Under the pieces are notes generated by a model that searched no databases, had not been told where the DNA came from, and saw only the letters and a program-made list of their open reading frames with translations. 64,000 nucleotides of DNA. Origin: Elainellaceae cyanobacterium (GTDB lineage Bacteria > Cyanobacteriota > Cyanobacteriia > CAKZMO01). Every line of letters begins with the position of its first letter. Positions within the stretch are counted from its first letter, which is position 1. The stretch is taken from contig JBHJGR010000187.1 in NCBI GenBank assembly GCA_050331615.1, forward strand, positions 1,827 to 65,826, given 5' to 3'. Shown here piece after piece: positions 1-11,233 of this stretch. Both the position numbers and the translations under genes were made by a program.

Positions 1-1012
1 GCCACGCCGTCTAGCCACGGCCACGGGATTATCACTGCGCTGAGGGTGGCTGTCCCCAGCGCAGACACCAGACTCCAACCATGCACGCCTTTCATAGCTT
101 TTCACTCCTCACTACCACAGGTTAAGGGTTGCGATCGCCTGAAACTAAGTCATTCCGTCAATCAATGATGCCTCTAGGTTGCCTGAAATTCCTAGGGAGC
201 GCAATAGCTGCCCGAATATTCCGATTCACCCTCAATTTGGCCCAAATCGACCTGATTTTGATGCTTCGCTGGCAGAATCGCCGCTGGCTTGGCGAGCGAC
301 TAACCCCGAGCCAATTTTTATACTGTCTCAGGTGAAACATGACAGTACGTCCCCATTCGCTAGGCTGTCTAACAATTGATGAATCCTCTTCCCCAGTCTT
401 TTGCTGGGGTTTCTTTTTGGGTCGAGAGAATCAGGTTGAGAGGATTCTAGGCAATTTTCTGGGGACGCAGCGCCTACAAAATTGCTAGGTTGCGTCAGTC
501 TTAATTGATTGCAGCAAAGAAACTGGGCAAATTAAAGATGCCTAGGTTGCAATTCATGCGAGGATCAGGTGCTACCTCCCCTACTCGACGAGTTAAAATA
601 CACGCCTTTCAAGTTCTGGTTTGAGGGCGTCGTTCAAGACGGACTCTACTACCAAAATGAGCTGTTTTGTCGCCTCCGCTCTGCGCCCGCCGAACGTCGT
701 GCCTATCTATACCAAGAAGCCTGCCGACTGGCCCGCGATAATGCGGTGGTTTTTACCATTGGCGATCGCCATTGCAGCCTATGGGTTAGCCTGCGCAGCC
801 CAAATCTGGCGGATTTGAAACAGCAAATGGATGGATATACGGCTGATCCCGCCTAATCACGACTCCTAGTGCAGCATTTTGGCAGAACGGAACCTGTCGG
901 CATTTGGGTCAGTATCCCTCGTCTGATAGACTCTTACATTGGGGTCTCTTGTAAGACAGTCCCCACACTCCGCTACGCAAAACACTATCAACGAGTCGGG
1001 AGGGCAAATCCG

Positions 1013-2050
1013 GTGGAGAGTACACTCGGTCTAGAAATCATTGAGGTTGTTGAACAGGCGGCGATCGCATCCGCCCGCTGGATGGGAAAAGGCGACAAGC
1101 ATACGGCTGACCAGGTTGCAGTGGAAGCTATGCGGGAGCGCATGAACAGGATTCATATGCGGGGGCGGATTGTCATCGGTGAAGGGGAGCGGGACGACGC
1201 CCCCATGCTCTACATCGGTGAAGAAGTGGGCATCTGCACCCAGGAAAACGCCGAGAAGGTCTGCAACCCCGATGAGCTGGTGGAGATCGACATTGCTGTT
1301 GATCCCTGTGAGGGGACTAACCTGGTGGCCTACGGTCAGGAAGGCTCGATGGCGGTGCTGGCCATTTCCGAAAAAGGTGGATTATTTGCCGCTCCCGACT
1401 TCTACATGAAAAAGCTGGCGGCTCCGCCCGCAGCCCGCGGCCATGTGGACATCAACAAGTCGGCCACTGAGAACCTGAAGATCCTCTCCGACTGCCTCGG
1501 TCGGGCGATTGAAGAGCTAGTGGTGGTGGTAATGAAGCGCGATCGCCACAATGACCTGATTAAGGAAATCCGGGAGGCGGGTGCCCGCGTGCGCCTGATC
1601 TCCGATGGGGATGTGTCTGCCGCTATCTCCTGCGCCTTCGCGGGGACCAACATTCACGCGCTGATGGGCATCGGTGCCGCTCCCGAAGGGGTAATCTCGG
1701 CGGCGGCGATGGAGTGTCTGCACGGCCACTTCCAGGGCCAGCTGGTCTACGACCCCGCCGTGGTGAAGACCGGCTTAATTGGCGAGAGCAAGGAGAGCAA
1801 CGTCGCTCGCCTTGAGAGCATGGGCATCACCGATCCCGACCGGGTCTACAATTCCAATGAGCTGGCTTCTGGCGAAACCCTGCTGTTCGCGGCCTGCGGC
1901 ATCACCCCCGGTACCCTGATGCAGGGCGTGCGCTTCTTTGGCGGCGGTGCCCGCACCCAGTCGCTGGTTATTTCCAACCAGTCGAAGACCGCTCGCTTTG
2001 TCGATACGATTCACATGACGGGTTCCACCAGGTACCTCCAGCTCCACTAG
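1013..2050 (+). CDS. glpX: Class II fructose-1,6-bisphosphatase/sedoheptulose-1,7-bisphosphatase (GlpX type, cyanobacterial bifunctional F-I).
   Basis: The track ORF 869..2050 has the highly conserved [43 protein letters not shown] block, matching cyanobacterial FBP/SBPase. A likely true start is an in-frame GTG at 1013 ([10 protein letters not shown]), with GAGGG about 10 nt upstream; the upstream part of the ORF looks like non-coding read-through. Confidence 0.9.
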   Translation: MESTLGLEIIEVVEQAAIASARWMGKGDKHTADQVAVEAMRERMNRIHMRGRIVIGEGERDDAPMLYIGEEVGICTQENAEKVCNPDELVEIDIAVDPCEGTNLVAYGQEGSMAVLAISEKGGLFAAPDFYMKKLAAPPAARGHVDINKSATENLKILSDCLGRAIEELVVVVMKRDRHNDLIKEIREAGARVRLISDGDVSAAISCAFAGTNIHALMGIGAAPEGVISAAAMECLHGHFQGQLVYDPAVVKTGLIGESKESNVARLESMGITDPDRVYNSNELASGETLLFAACGITPGTLMQGVRFFGGGARTQSLVISNQSKTARFVDTIHMTGSTRYLQLH

Positions 2051-2065
2051 GGCTTGTTTTGCTAA

Positions 2066-2300
2066 GCTTTCAGCCATTCGCCCTCACCCCAAACCCCTCT
2101 CCCAGGGTGGGCAAGGGGCTTTGCAACTAACGATGGGTTCCGGCTCCCCTTCTCCCAACTTGGGCTACTACATACACACATCTTGGCCCTCACCCCCTTA
2201 ATCCCCCTCTCCCAAAAATGGGCGAGGGGGAGGTAAGACAAGGCTTTCCGGCTCCCCTTCTCCCAACTTGGGAGAAGGGGCTGGGGGATGAGGGCAAAGG
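2066..2300. repeat. Two tandem, partly degenerate copies of a cloverleaf-like palindromic intergenic element (outer stem GCCCTCACCCC..GGGGATGAGGGC enclosing two inner hairpins CCCCTCTCCC/GGGCGAGGGG and CCCCTTCTCCC/GGGAGAAGGGG).
   Basis: Inverted repeats read directly in the sequence; the same architecture recurs at 12602..12727 and as a fragment near 48241..48290. Confidence 0.7.
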
Positions 2301-2761
2301 TAGTCTCCATGACACATGGCCCATTAGGACGCTTTCTCCTAGGAAATCTGTAGGGATACCTTTTCCAAATCATCGGTAAGGGCAGTCAGCGGTTTGCCCC
2401 TACGTCGTGTTGAGAAATCCAAATTTCTACTCCTAAAAGAAAACCAGGGCCATGCCCTCGTCAGACTCGCTACCATATCAATTGGGTTTCAGTAAGGTGA
2501 GTGGCTAGTTCAAACTTTTTTTAAGACTGATTCGCTTTCTTTTCAGATTGTTTTTTAGACTGTCAAGCTGTAAAGCTGTCCGGGCGATCGCGCCAGCCGG
2601 ATTATGCGCCAGCTCATTGGCCCGGCTCGCTGACTCGACTGATTTACATTGCTAAAAAAACTTCACGTTTTTTAGCCTTCTGTACCCCGCGTCAGTGGTA
2701 AGCATAGATTTTAAGTGCGCATCTGTGAAAACAGCGATAATAAGAGTTTTTGGGAGGAACG

Positions 2762-4054
2762 ATGAATATTGCCGTTGTGGGTCTCAGCCACAAAACAGCT
2801 CCGGTTAACGTTCGAGAAAAGCTCAGCATTCCCGAGCCCCAGCTTGAAGCGGCGATCGCCAAGCTATTGAGCTATCCCCATATCGAAGAAGTGACGGTTT
2901 TGAGCACCTGCAACCGTTTGGAGTTGTATGCGGTCACCACCGAAACGGAAAACGGCATTCGTGAAATCAGCCAGTTTTTGGCCGAGCACGGTCAAATCCC
3001 GCTCCACGAGCTGCGGCCCTATCTGTTTACGCTGCTGCACCACGATGCGGTGATGCATCTGATGCGGGTGGCCGCTGGGCTAGACAGCCTGGTGCTGGGG
3101 GAAGGGCAGATTCTGGCCCAGGTGAAGCAGACCCACAAGCTGGGCCAGCAGTACAAGGGCATCGGTCGCACCCTCAATCGTCTCTTCAAGCAGGCGATCA
3201 CGGCGGGTAAGCGGGTGCGGACGGAAACCAGCATCGGCACCGGGGCGGTGTCTATCAGCTCGGCGGCGGTGGAGCTGGCGGTGCTGAAAGCCCCCAACTT
3301 TGCCCAGTGTCGGGTGACGATTCTGGGAGCGGGCAAGATGGCCCGCCTGCTGGTGCAGCATTTGCTGTCTAAGGGAGCCTGCCAGATTGCGGTGGTCAAT
3401 CGCTCCATGCGGGGGGCGGAGTCGCTGGCGCAGCAGTTCAGGGACGTGGATCTGAAGCTCCACACCCTGGAAAACATGGCGGCGGTGATTGCCGAGTCTG
3501 ACCTGGTGTTCACCAGCACGGCGGCCACGGAACCGTTGCTCAATCGCACCAAGCTGGAGCCGATGCTGGCCATCAACCAGCGGCTGATGCTGGTGGACAT
3601 TTCGGTGCCCCGCAACGTGGATGGGGACGTGAGCGAGCTGCCCAACATTCACCTCTTCAACGTGGATGACCTGAAGGCTGTGGTGGCCCAAAACCAGGAG
3701 AGCCGCCGCCGCATGGCGATGGAGGCCGAGGGCCTGCTGGAAGAGGAAGTGGAAGCCTTTGAGGTGTGGTGGCGATCGCTCGAAACCGTCTCCACCATCA
3801 GCAGCCTGCGCAGTAAGGTGGAAACCATTCGGGAGCAGGAGCTGGAGAAGGCCCTATCGCGCCTGGGCACCGAGTTTGCCGAGAAGCACCAGGAGATCAT
3901 CGAAGCCCTGACTCGCGGCATCGTCAACAAAATCCTCCACGACCCCATGGTGCAGCTCCGTGCCCAGCAGGACATTGAGGCCCGCCGAGTGGCCATGCAA
4001 ACTCTGCAGGAACTGTTTAACCTGGAAGCAGCCTCTAACGAGAAATACAGCTAG
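2762..4054 (+). CDS. hemA: Glutamyl-tRNA reductase.
   Basis: [24 protein letters not shown]-terminus, the catalytic Cys in the [10 protein letters not shown] motif, and the NADPH-binding [10 protein letters not shown] segment. The track ORF starts at 2750; the ATG at 2762 fits the family N-terminus. Confidence 0.92.
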   Translation: MNIAVVGLSHKTAPVNVREKLSIPEPQLEAAIAKLLSYPHIEEVTVLSTCNRLELYAVTTETENGIREISQFLAEHGQIPLHELRPYLFTLLHHDAVMHLMRVAAGLDSLVLGEGQILAQVKQTHKLGQQYKGIGRTLNRLFKQAITAGKRVRTETSIGTGAVSISSAAVELAVLKAPNFAQCRVTILGAGKMARLLVQHLLSKGACQIAVVNRSMRGAESLAQQFRDVDLKLHTLENMAAVIAESDLVFTSTAATEPLLNRTKLEPMLAINQRLMLVDISVPRNVDGDVSELPNIHLFNVDDLKAVVAQNQESRRRMAMEAEGLLEEEVEAFEVWWRSLETVSTISSLRSKVETIREQELEKALSRLGTEFAEKHQEIIEALTRGIVNKILHDPMVQLRAQQDIEARRVAMQTLQELFNLEAASNEKYS

Positions 4055-4060
4055 CCTCCC

Positions 4061-7000
4061 ATGCTAAAAGCCGATCGCCCCTCCCTCTCTAAGTCTAAGC
4101 TGCCCGTCCGCCGGGTGTGGGGCTGGGTGGGGTGGGCGATCGCCCTGGTGCTGCTCATCCTCCTGGGGGACTTTGCCCTGTCCATCATCGCCGAGGGCTT
4201 CTGGTTCGCCGAGGTGCAGTATTTTCAGGTGTTTACCCTGCGGCTGCTCATTCAGCTGGGGGTGGGGTTTCTGGCCTTCCTGGGCAGTGCGGGCTTCCTG
4301 CTGTGGAATCTGACCCTGGCGCGGCGCGAGTCCTGGGCGGTGGAGAACCGTCCGGCCATGGCGGAACCGGTGCGCTATCCGGGCAGCTTACGGCTGCGGC
4401 TATTGCTGCCCCTCACGGGATTGCTAAGCGTGACAGTCGGGGCAATTTTGCTCTACCACGGTCAGGTAGCCATCAGCCACTGGCAGCCCGATTTGAGCGT
4501 CTATAGCGCCACCCTGCCCATCCCCCTGCGGTTTCGGCCCGCCATTATTGGATCGGTGTTTCTGGGGGTGCGATCGCAGCCCTGGCTGGTGGGCAGCGTC
4601 ACGGCCCTGGTGGTGGCCCTGGTGATCTATCCCCGCCGCTTGCTCCAGGTCATCGCCGTCTTGCTGAGCATTGGCTTCGGGGTGATCATGGCGGAGCACT
4701 GGGGGCAGATTCTCCTCTACTTCCGGCCCTCGCCCTACGGCTACACCGAGCCTATCTTCAATCAAGACATCAGCTTTTACGTTTTCCAACTGCCCATTTG
4801 GGAGCTGTTCAACTTCTGGATGGTGGGCCTGCTGGCCCTGGCCCTGGTATCGGTGCTGCTCACCTACCTGGTATCGGGAGACAGCCTCAGCCAGGGCTGG
4901 TTTCCGGGATTCTCCGCCGCCCAGCTCCGCCACTTGTTTGCCCTGCTGGGGGGCGTGATGCTGGTGGTGGCCCTCAGCTACTGGCTCGATCGCTACAACC
5001 TGCTTTACTCCGCTAATGGAGTCGTCTACGGCGCAGGCTACACCAACGTGGTGGCCGAGCTACCCATCGACACGCTGCTGTCCCTGGCGGCCCTGGTAAT
5101 TGGGCTGTTTTTTGTGGGGCGATCGCTCCTGCCGCTGCGGTTTTGGGGCCGCCGCAAGCCATCCCAGCTGGGCACTCCGCCTCCGGCTCCCGCTCGCTTG
5201 CCCTCGCCTCTGCCGCGCCCGATCGTCTCTGCCACGCCGATCGCGCCACCGCCATCCCGCTCCTTCCCCACCCCCCAGTTCGCCCTATTTTTCCTGGGGC
5301 TATACCTGGTGGCCGTGCTGGTGGGCACGTTTCTGGTGCCGCCTCTGGTGCAGCGGATAGTGGTGCAGCCCAACGAACTGGAGCGGGAGCGTCCCTTCAT
5401 TGAATACTCCATCGACCTGACTCGCCGCGCCTTTGCCCTGGACGAGATTGAGGCGGAAACCTTCGATCCCCAGGGCGGGCTGACCTACCAAGATCTGCTG
5501 GACAATGCCCTGACCGTCAATAATATCCGGCTGTGGGACACCCGCCCGCTGCTGGCCACCAACCGCCAGCTCCAGCGCATCCGGCTGTACTACGAGTTTC
5601 CCGATGCTGATGTAGATCGCTACACGCTGGTACGGGATGACGGTCCCTCGGAACGGCGGCAGGTGCTGATCTCGGCACGGGAGCTGGACTACCGGGACGT
5701 GCCGGACGAGGCCAAAACCTGGGTGAACGAGCACCTGATCTACACCCACGGCTACGGCTTCACCATGAGTCCCGTCAATACGGCAGGGCCGAGCGGATTG
5801 CCAGAGTACTTCATTCGCGGCATTGAACACATTCCCAGCAGCGAAGCCGTGCGCCGCAGCATCCCCATCGGTGCCCCCCGCATCTACTTTGGGGAACTGT
5901 CGAATACCTATGTGATGACCCAGACCGAGGTGGACGAGCTGGACTACCCCAGCGGCAGCGAAAACGTCTACAACACCTACGACGGCACGGCGGGCATCAA
6001 TATCGGCCCCTACTGGAAACGGCTGATCTATGCGGACCACCTGCGAGACTGGCGCATGCTGCTCACCGAGAATTTCCGCTCCGATACGCGCCTGCTGTTC
6101 CGGCGGCAAATTCGCGATCGCGTCCAGGCCATCGCCCCCTTCCTGCGCTTCGACGGCGACCCCTACCTGGTGGTGGCGGATGCACGGGCGGAGTACGACA
6201 CCGAGGTGCCCAACTACCTGTACTGGATTATCGATGCCTACACGGTGAGCGATCGCCACCCCTACTCCGATCCGCTGGGGAACGACTTCAACTACATCCG
6301 CAACTCGGTGAAGGTGGTGATCGACGCCTACAACGGCAGCGTGCGCTTCTACATGGTGGACCCCACCGATCCCATTATCCGCGCCTGGGACCAGATCTTT
6401 CCGGGCATGTTTCGCCCCATCGACACCATGCCCCCCGCCTTGGTGGATCACATCCGCTATCCCCAGGACTACTACACGGTGCAGTCCCTCCAGCTCATGG
6501 TCTACCACATGACCGACCCCCGCGTGTTCTACAACCGGGAGGACAAGTGGCGCGCACCCAGCGAAATCTATGCCAACGAGCAGCAGATTGTGGAACCTTA
6601 CTACCTGCTGATGCGGCTGCCCGGTGCTGAACAGGGGCAGTTTCTGCTGTTTCGCCCCTACACCCCGGCTCAGCGGCGGAATTTGATTGCGTGGCTGGCG
6701 GCGCTGTCCGATGGCGATCGCTACGGCGATCGCATCCTCTACACCTTCCCCAAGCAGGAGCTGGTGTTTGGTCCCGAGCAAATCGAGGCCCGCATTAATC
6801 AAGACCCGGTGATTTCCCAGCAGATCTCCCTCTGGAACCGGGAAGGCTCGCGGGCGCTCCAGGGCAACTTGCTGGTGATTCCCATTGAGGAGTCGCTGCT
6901 CTATGTGGAGCCGCTCTATCTGGTGGCGGAGCAGAACGAACTGCCCACCCTGGTGCGAGTAATTGTGGCCTATGAAAACCGCATCGCCATGGCTCCCACC

Positions 7001-7222
7001 CTCAACGCCGCCCTGCGAGCCGTCTTTGAAGCCGATGTGGATGAGGCATCAGAAACCATCCTGCGATCGGTGGAGGAACTGGTTCCGTCCTCTATTGAGG
7101 GGGTATCTCCAGCAACGGACGAGCTGCCTGCGGGCGATACGCCCACTGGCGATCTCGCCCCCGCTCCGCTTCCTGGGGATGGGCTGGAACCACTGCCGGC
7201 AGACACCCAGCTCGAAAACTAA
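4061..7222 (+). CDS. UPF0182 family large membrane protein.
   Basis: 1053 aa with multiple N-terminal TM helices followed by a long soluble region. Blocks typical of the UPF0182 family are present (YYEFPDADVDRYT, HLIYTHGYGFTMSPVN, NYLYWIIDAYT, LLYVEPLYL). The C-terminal acidic/Pro-rich tail is low complexity. Confidence 0.8.
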   Translation: MLKADRPSLSKSKLPVRRVWGWVGWAIALVLLILLGDFALSIIAEGFWFAEVQYFQVFTLRLLIQLGVGFLAFLGSAGFLLWNLTLARRESWAVENRPAMAEPVRYPGSLRLRLLLPLTGLLSVTVGAILLYHGQVAISHWQPDLSVYSATLPIPLRFRPAIIGSVFLGVRSQPWLVGSVTALVVALVIYPRRLLQVIAVLLSIGFGVIMAEHWGQILLYFRPSPYGYTEPIFNQDISFYVFQLPIWELFNFWMVGLLALALVSVLLTYLVSGDSLSQGWFPGFSAAQLRHLFALLGGVMLVVALSYWLDRYNLLYSANGVVYGAGYTNVVAELPIDTLLSLAALVIGLFFVGRSLLPLRFWGRRKPSQLGTPPPAPARLPSPLPRPIVSATPIAPPPSRSFPTPQFALFFLGLYLVAVLVGTFLVPPLVQRIVVQPNELERERPFIEYSIDLTRRAFALDEIEAETFDPQGGLTYQDLLDNALTVNNIRLWDTRPLLATNRQLQRIRLYYEFPDADVDRYTLVRDDGPSERRQVLISARELDYRDVPDEAKTWVNEHLIYTHGYGFTMSPVNTAGPSGLPEYFIRGIEHIPSSEAVRRSIPIGAPRIYFGELSNTYVMTQTEVDELDYPSGSENVYNTYDGTAGINIGPYWKRLIYADHLRDWRMLLTENFRSDTRLLFRRQIRDRVQAIAPFLRFDGDPYLVVADARAEYDTEVPNYLYWIIDAYTVSDRHPYSDPLGNDFNYIRNSVKVVIDAYNGSVRFYMVDPTDPIIRAWDQIFPGMFRPIDTMPPALVDHIRYPQDYYTVQSLQLMVYHMTDPRVFYNREDKWRAPSEIYANEQQIVEPYYLLMRLPGAEQGQFLLFRPYTPAQRRNLIAWLAALSDGDRYGDRILYTFPKQELVFGPEQIEARINQDPVISQQISLWNREGSRALQGNLLVIPIEESLLYVEPLYLVAEQNELPTLVRVIVAYENRIAMAPTLNAALRAVFEADVDEASETILRSVEELVPSSIEGVSPATDELPAGDTPTGDLAPAPLPGDGLEPLPADTQLEN

Positions 7223-7273
7223 AGTGGTTTCTAGAAATGTCCGCCCCCGATTCCGTCAACAACGTCTGATCAT

Positions 7274-7360
7274 ATCCGCAGATGACGCAGATTGACGCAG
7301 ATGGAGCATCGGCAGCAGCGCTATTCATCTGCGAAATCTGCGAAATCTGCGAAATCTGCG
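7274..7360. promoter_or_regulatory. Inverted array of 9-bp tandem repeats: CCGCAGAT-GACGCAGAT-TGACGCAGAT, a ~24-bp spacer, then ATCTGCGAA x3-ATCTGCGG.
   Basis: Read directly; the two arms are reverse complements of each other with outer ends CCGCAGAT/ATCTGCGG. It lies between the UPF0182 stop (7222) and the 7412 gene start. Confidence 0.6.
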
Positions 7361-7411
7361 GACTAATACCACACTGCCCCGACAAAGCGCCTAAGCGATA
7401 GACAACCACCG

Positions 7412-7906
7412 ATGCCCCCCGAATCAAGTAACCCGGAATCAAGCCCCTCTGAAGCGATGGCTCTAACATCCTTCACGGTCCAGGAACGGCTGGAATCTCT
7501 GAAGGCCGGGATCTTTGCCGGAGCTGGAGCCGGGATGGCAACGGCTCTGTTTCAGCTTCTTCATCTCCTGCTGCTGCCCCACGGGTCTAGCGGCTTGGCG
7601 GCCTTACCAGTGGCCTTCACCCCAGCGGGATGGCTGGATTGGGCGATCGCCATTTTCTCCGCTGCCCTCTTTGGCATCACTTACCGCTATGCCGTGCGCA
7701 CGGACCCCAATCCCCAGCTCAAGTCTGGTGTAGTAGGTGCCTTCGCTCTGGTGCGCGCCCTTGCCCTGGTGGAAATGGGGCTGACGGCTCAGATGCCGCT
7801 GGTGTCGCTGGGCATTCTGGCGGCAGAGAGTGGGGGGATGGTGGCGATCGCTTTTCTTACCCTGAATTGGGCCATCCGTTTAAAGTGGATAGGCAGAGCT
7901 AGCTGA
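7412..7906 (+). CDS. Hypothetical integral membrane protein (about 4 TM segments).
   Basis: 164-aa ORF with hydrophobic helices and cyanobacterial-like codon usage; no recognisable family. The start may instead be MALTSF at 7457. Confidence 0.5.
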   Translation: MPPESSNPESSPSEAMALTSFTVQERLESLKAGIFAGAGAGMATALFQLLHLLLLPHGSSGLAALPVAFTPAGWLDWAIAIFSAALFGITYRYAVRTDPNPQLKSGVVGAFALVRALALVEMGLTAQMPLVSLGILAAESGGMVAIAFLTLNWAIRLKWIGRAS

Positions 7907-8011
7907 TTCAGCTTGAGAAAGTGGGGTTATGCGCACTTTGTGAAGGCTATTAAAATTCTTACAATATAAGGGACATAGGGTTTCAACCGGAGTATTTAGA
8001 GAGGACGACGA

Positions 8012-8665
8012 ATGGCTTTATTTGGATTTGGTAAGAAGGCAACAATGCCAAAGCCCGAGGAGGCGCTGCCGGGACGGGATAAACCGATGCCGGTGCCCGA
8101 GAAGCATTATGTAAAAGGAACGCCGCTGCAGCCACCTTTTCCTGAAGGGATGGAACAGGCGATGTTTGGACTGGGCTGCTTTTGGGGAGCCGAGCGAGCG
8201 TTTTGGAAGCAGGAAGGGGTCTATACCACTGCCGTTGGCTATGCGGGCGGCTACACACCAAACCCGACCTATCACGAAGTCTGTACCGGCATGACGGGGC
8301 ACAACGAAGTTGTATTAGTTGTGTTTGACCCCAGCGTTATCAGCTACGCCGAACTGCTCAAGGTCTTTTGGGAAAGCCACAACCCAACCCAGGGAATGCG
8401 TCAGGGTAACGACTCTGGCACCCAGTACCGCTCTGGAATCTATGCCTACTCCAATGACCAGAAGCAGCTAGCAGAGTCATCTAAGGAGCAGTATCAGGAA
8501 AAGCTGAGCCAGGCCGGATACGGCCAGATTACCACTGAAATCGTGGACGCGCCTGAGTTCTACTATGCCGAAGACTATCACCAACAGTATTTGGCTAAAA
8601 ATCCAGCGGGGTACTGCGGTCTGGGCGGCACGGGCGTAACCTGCCCGATTGGGGTCGGCGTCTAG
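8012..8665 (+). CDS. msrA: Peptide methionine sulfoxide reductase A.
   Basis: The MsrA active-site motif GLGCFWGAE is present, along with the conserved YHQQYL and [10 protein letters not shown]-terminal region. Confidence 0.93.
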   Translation: MALFGFGKKATMPKPEEALPGRDKPMPVPEKHYVKGTPLQPPFPEGMEQAMFGLGCFWGAERAFWKQEGVYTTAVGYAGGYTPNPTYHEVCTGMTGHNEVVLVVFDPSVISYAELLKVFWESHNPTQGMRQGNDSGTQYRSGIYAYSNDQKQLAESSKEQYQEKLSQAGYGQITTEIVDAPEFYYAEDYHQQYLAKNPAGYCGLGGTGVTCPIGVGV

Positions 8666-9135
8666 GAAGCTGGTTTACTGCCTAGCAGCGCAATTTCTTC
8701 GGCCTGCCCATAGCTGAGAACGCGAATCGAAGACTCTGTAGTGCGATCGCCCATCTTGGGGTAGTTGCCCTACAGAGTTTGTTTTTGGAGCGACTCAAGT
8801 ATGAGACCAGTGGCTAGCTCCAAGCAGGTGCTCATGTCAGCGGTAGCTACAGGCATGGATTGACGGATCGCATCCAGGATTCTTGTTTTGCAAATCAGAA
8901 ACGTGAATATCTGCAGTAGACAGCACAACTGTCATTAAAACCATGATTATCGAAGACATATGCAATGCTCCCCTTGTAGATGCAACCGATAGCGATAAGA
9001 TGCAGGCTTAAGCGATGCTTTCGCGCTGTGAATTTCACTTAAAATTGGCGCTGCTTTTGCAAGCGATATCCGTAGATTTCCGGTACTTCGGATAAATTCC
9101 TGCTGACCACAGTGCTCATAGCTGCCCGCAATGAA

Positions 9136-9348
9136 CTATGAACTGCCGGACAGGCGCTCAATCATCCTTCTTGATGGCGAATGTGCGGCACAATTGCTCT
9201 GACCGTATATAATCTGGTGAGTATGGTCGGAGTTGATCACCATGCACCAGGGACGAGTCAGCAAATAGCTTGTATAGGACGTTGCGGCCAGCGTTGTAAT
9301 GACTGCAATCAACGCCGGAAGGAAGTAGTTGTAGGCAGCTCTATCCAT
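9136..9348 (-). CDS. Possible small single-TM protein inside an AT-rich insert.
   Basis: 70-aa ORF with one hydrophobic helix (FLPALIAVITTLAATSYTSYLL) in a low-GC, otherwise non-coding island. Weak evidence. Confidence 0.25.
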   Translation of the reverse strand: MDRAAYNYFLPALIAVITTLAATSYTSYLLTRPWCMVINSDHTHQIIYGQSNCAAHSPSRRMIERLSGSS

Positions 9349-9518
9349 GCAGGCCAGTTCTCCAGAAGATGCACTCCGATCTCACAGGCATCTAGCTCAG
9401 GGAAGAACTCTGAGCGATAAACGCCTGGCTCAAGATCTAACCTTATCGGTCAATATATTAAGCAGCAAGAGGGGTCAGACCTGTCACCAGCTCTTAAATC
9501 AGGCAAATAAGCAGTTAC

Positions 9519-9583
9519 AGCCCTACGGGCTAAGGTTTGAGTGTGAACCCCCACGTCGCGGGGGTTCCACACCGCTTGAAGAA
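9519..9583 (+). mobile_element. Truncated copy A of the hairpin-core MITE-like repeat (left end plus hairpin only).
   Basis: AGCCCTACGGGCTAAGGTTTGAGTGTGAACCCCCACGTCGCGGGGGTTCCACAC matches copies at 11234, 12450, 43092 (inverted) and 50621. Confidence 0.7.
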
Positions 9584-9680
9584 GACGATATTGGTTTGTA
9601 CGTCCCTAGGCTCGATGTCGATGCCATCGATCTGCTGACATCTCCCCAGCCCTAGAAGGGCGGGGGTTCATGGAATCCAC

Positions 9681-10082
9681 CTAACTGTGGACATCATCGG
9701 GGCGCAGCCCGCTCACCAGGTCAGCTGCTGTGAAGATGCCGCGATCGCCCTGAATCAACCGACAGGTAACCCCAGACAGGGCAGCGGGTGCGCCACCCTC
9801 GTAGTAGTAGATATGGGCCTGGGCCTCGAGCACCACTTCGTCCCCCGGCTCGGTATGCACCCGCAGGGCAACCTGGTTAGTCAGGGTGCCAGAGGGCATG
9901 TAGACGGCAGCTTCTTTCCCAAGGAGGTCGGCCACAAAGCGCTCAAGTTCGCTGACGGTCGGATCATCGCCGAGGACATCATCCCCCACAGCGGCATTGG
10001 CGATCGCTTCGCGCATGGCTGGGGTAGGCTGGGTGACGGTCTCGCTTCGCAAGTCAATCATAGGCTGGAGCATTTTTTGCAT
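9681..10082 (-). pseudogene. ltaE: Low-specificity L-threonine aldolase, 5' fragment only (about 125 of ~340 residues).
   Basis: [40 protein letters not shown]...[18 protein letters not shown] matches the LtaE N-terminus. The ORF stops right after the PDDVH block; no C-terminal part is found in any frame downstream, which is instead AT-rich. Confidence 0.7.
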
Positions 10083-10146
10083 GAAGACGCACAGGAAAAG
10101 TCCGGGCAGACAAGGAGCTTAAGCCCCTTGTTGTGTGTAGCTTCAT

Positions 10147-11115
10147 TCAGCCGGACGCCTCAGCGATTAACTGCTCAATCTGCGGCTTCATGTCCCGCGC
10201 TGCCGCATACCCCCGCTCTATGATAGGTTCTGCCCGATGAAAATCGAAAATGCCAAACTCCATGAGGTCGGGCTGGATGAGCAAGTCGGGCTGATGGCGC
10301 TGCAGGTTGTTTTCCGTTACCCGCTGCTCCATTGCATTCATCGAATTGCCGACCACATCGAAGATGCTCAATCCGCTTTGGGAGTCCGGAATCCAGTCGT
10401 CAACATTCTCTGACAAAACGGATTTAAGGGTTTCGTACTTATCGGTCAAGCGGTCAACTAACCCGGCGTCCTCCTCCTGCTGATTAGGGGTTGCTGCCTC
10501 TGCCTCGCCGCTATCCGCCGTATCCTCCTCCGTTGAGGCGGCTTTAAATTTGGTTTTTTCGGTCTCAGGGTTGTGGTTCAAGTTGACGGCAATTACCAAG
10601 TCTGCGCCCATTTCCCCACCAACGTCCACAGGGACTGGATTAACGGCTCCGCCATCGACCAGATAAACGCCGCCCCGCTTAAACGGGACGAAGATACCAG
10701 GGATGGAAATACTCGCCCTGACGGCATCTAAAATGCGGCCCGACTCAAAGACAACCTCTTTGTTGCTCAAAAAGTTGGTGGCCACGCACCGGAGGGGAAT
10801 GTGAGTCTGCTCAAACGTTTTATCTTCTAAGTATTGAGAAATTAGCTCATAGACCCGCTCGCCTTTAATCAGCCCCAGACCCGGAAACGAAATATCGATC
10901 AACGGCAAAAGTCTATCTCTCGTCGCCTCAGCCGCAAACGCTTCTAGTTCGTCTAGCGCACCAACTGCGTAGACCGAACCGACGAGAGCACCAATGCTGG
11001 TCCCTGCCACATAGTCAATTTTGACGCCTGCTTCTTCTAAGGTACGAATCACGCCAATATGCGCCCAGCCTCTAGCTCCGCCACCGCCGAGGACAAGCCC
11101 TATTTTTTTAGCCAT
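10147..11115 (-). CDS. Patatin-like phospholipase.
   Basis: GGGGARG oxyanion/Gly-rich motif and GTSIG nucleophile elbow (GxSxG), plus the catalytic Asp region DGG. There is an acidic low-complexity insert in the middle. Confidence 0.85.
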   Translation of the reverse strand: MAKKIGLVLGGGGARGWAHIGVIRTLEEAGVKIDYVAGTSIGALVGSVYAVGALDELEAFAAEATRDRLLPLIDISFPGLGLIKGERVYELISQYLEDKTFEQTHIPLRCVATNFLSNKEVVFESGRILDAVRASISIPGIFVPFKRGGVYLVDGGAVNPVPVDVGGEMGADLVIAVNLNHNPETEKTKFKAASTEEDTADSGEAEAATPNQQEEDAGLVDRLTDKYETLKSVLSENVDDWIPDSQSGLSIFDVVGNSMNAMEQRVTENNLQRHQPDLLIQPDLMEFGIFDFHRAEPIIERGYAAARDMKPQIEQLIAEASG

Positions 11116-11233
11116 TGCGATCGCTGCTCCAGCGTTAGTGATTTACCTAGTTGCCCCTACAGTAACAGGCTTCAAGGCTGATGTTTTCTGGCAACAGTCA
11201 GTTTCGAGCGGTCCTGCCCAGCGTGATGGTCAA

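Noticed and set aside
869-1012. N-terminal 48 codons of the track ORF for glpX
   Set aside because: Cyanobacterial FBP/SBPases begin at the STLGLEII block; an in-frame GTG at 1013 with a GAGGG RBS-like tract fits, so the upstream extension is probably non-coding.
2062-2373. 103-aa ORF rich in SPSWEKGSR repeats
   Set aside because: It is a translation of the tandem palindromic repeat element, not a gene.
5300-6802. 500-aa minus-strand ORF inside the UPF0182 gene
   Set aside because: It is antisense to a gene with clear family-specific conserved blocks. Its composition (Gly/Val/His/Asp-rich, no motifs) is typical of shadow ORFs in high-GC DNA.
7274-7360. Possible CRISPR array from the short tandem repeats at 7.3, 15.1, 23.2 and 42.6 kb
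   Set aside because: The units are 8-14 bp with no intervening unique spacers of 25-40 bp and no cas genes in the window.
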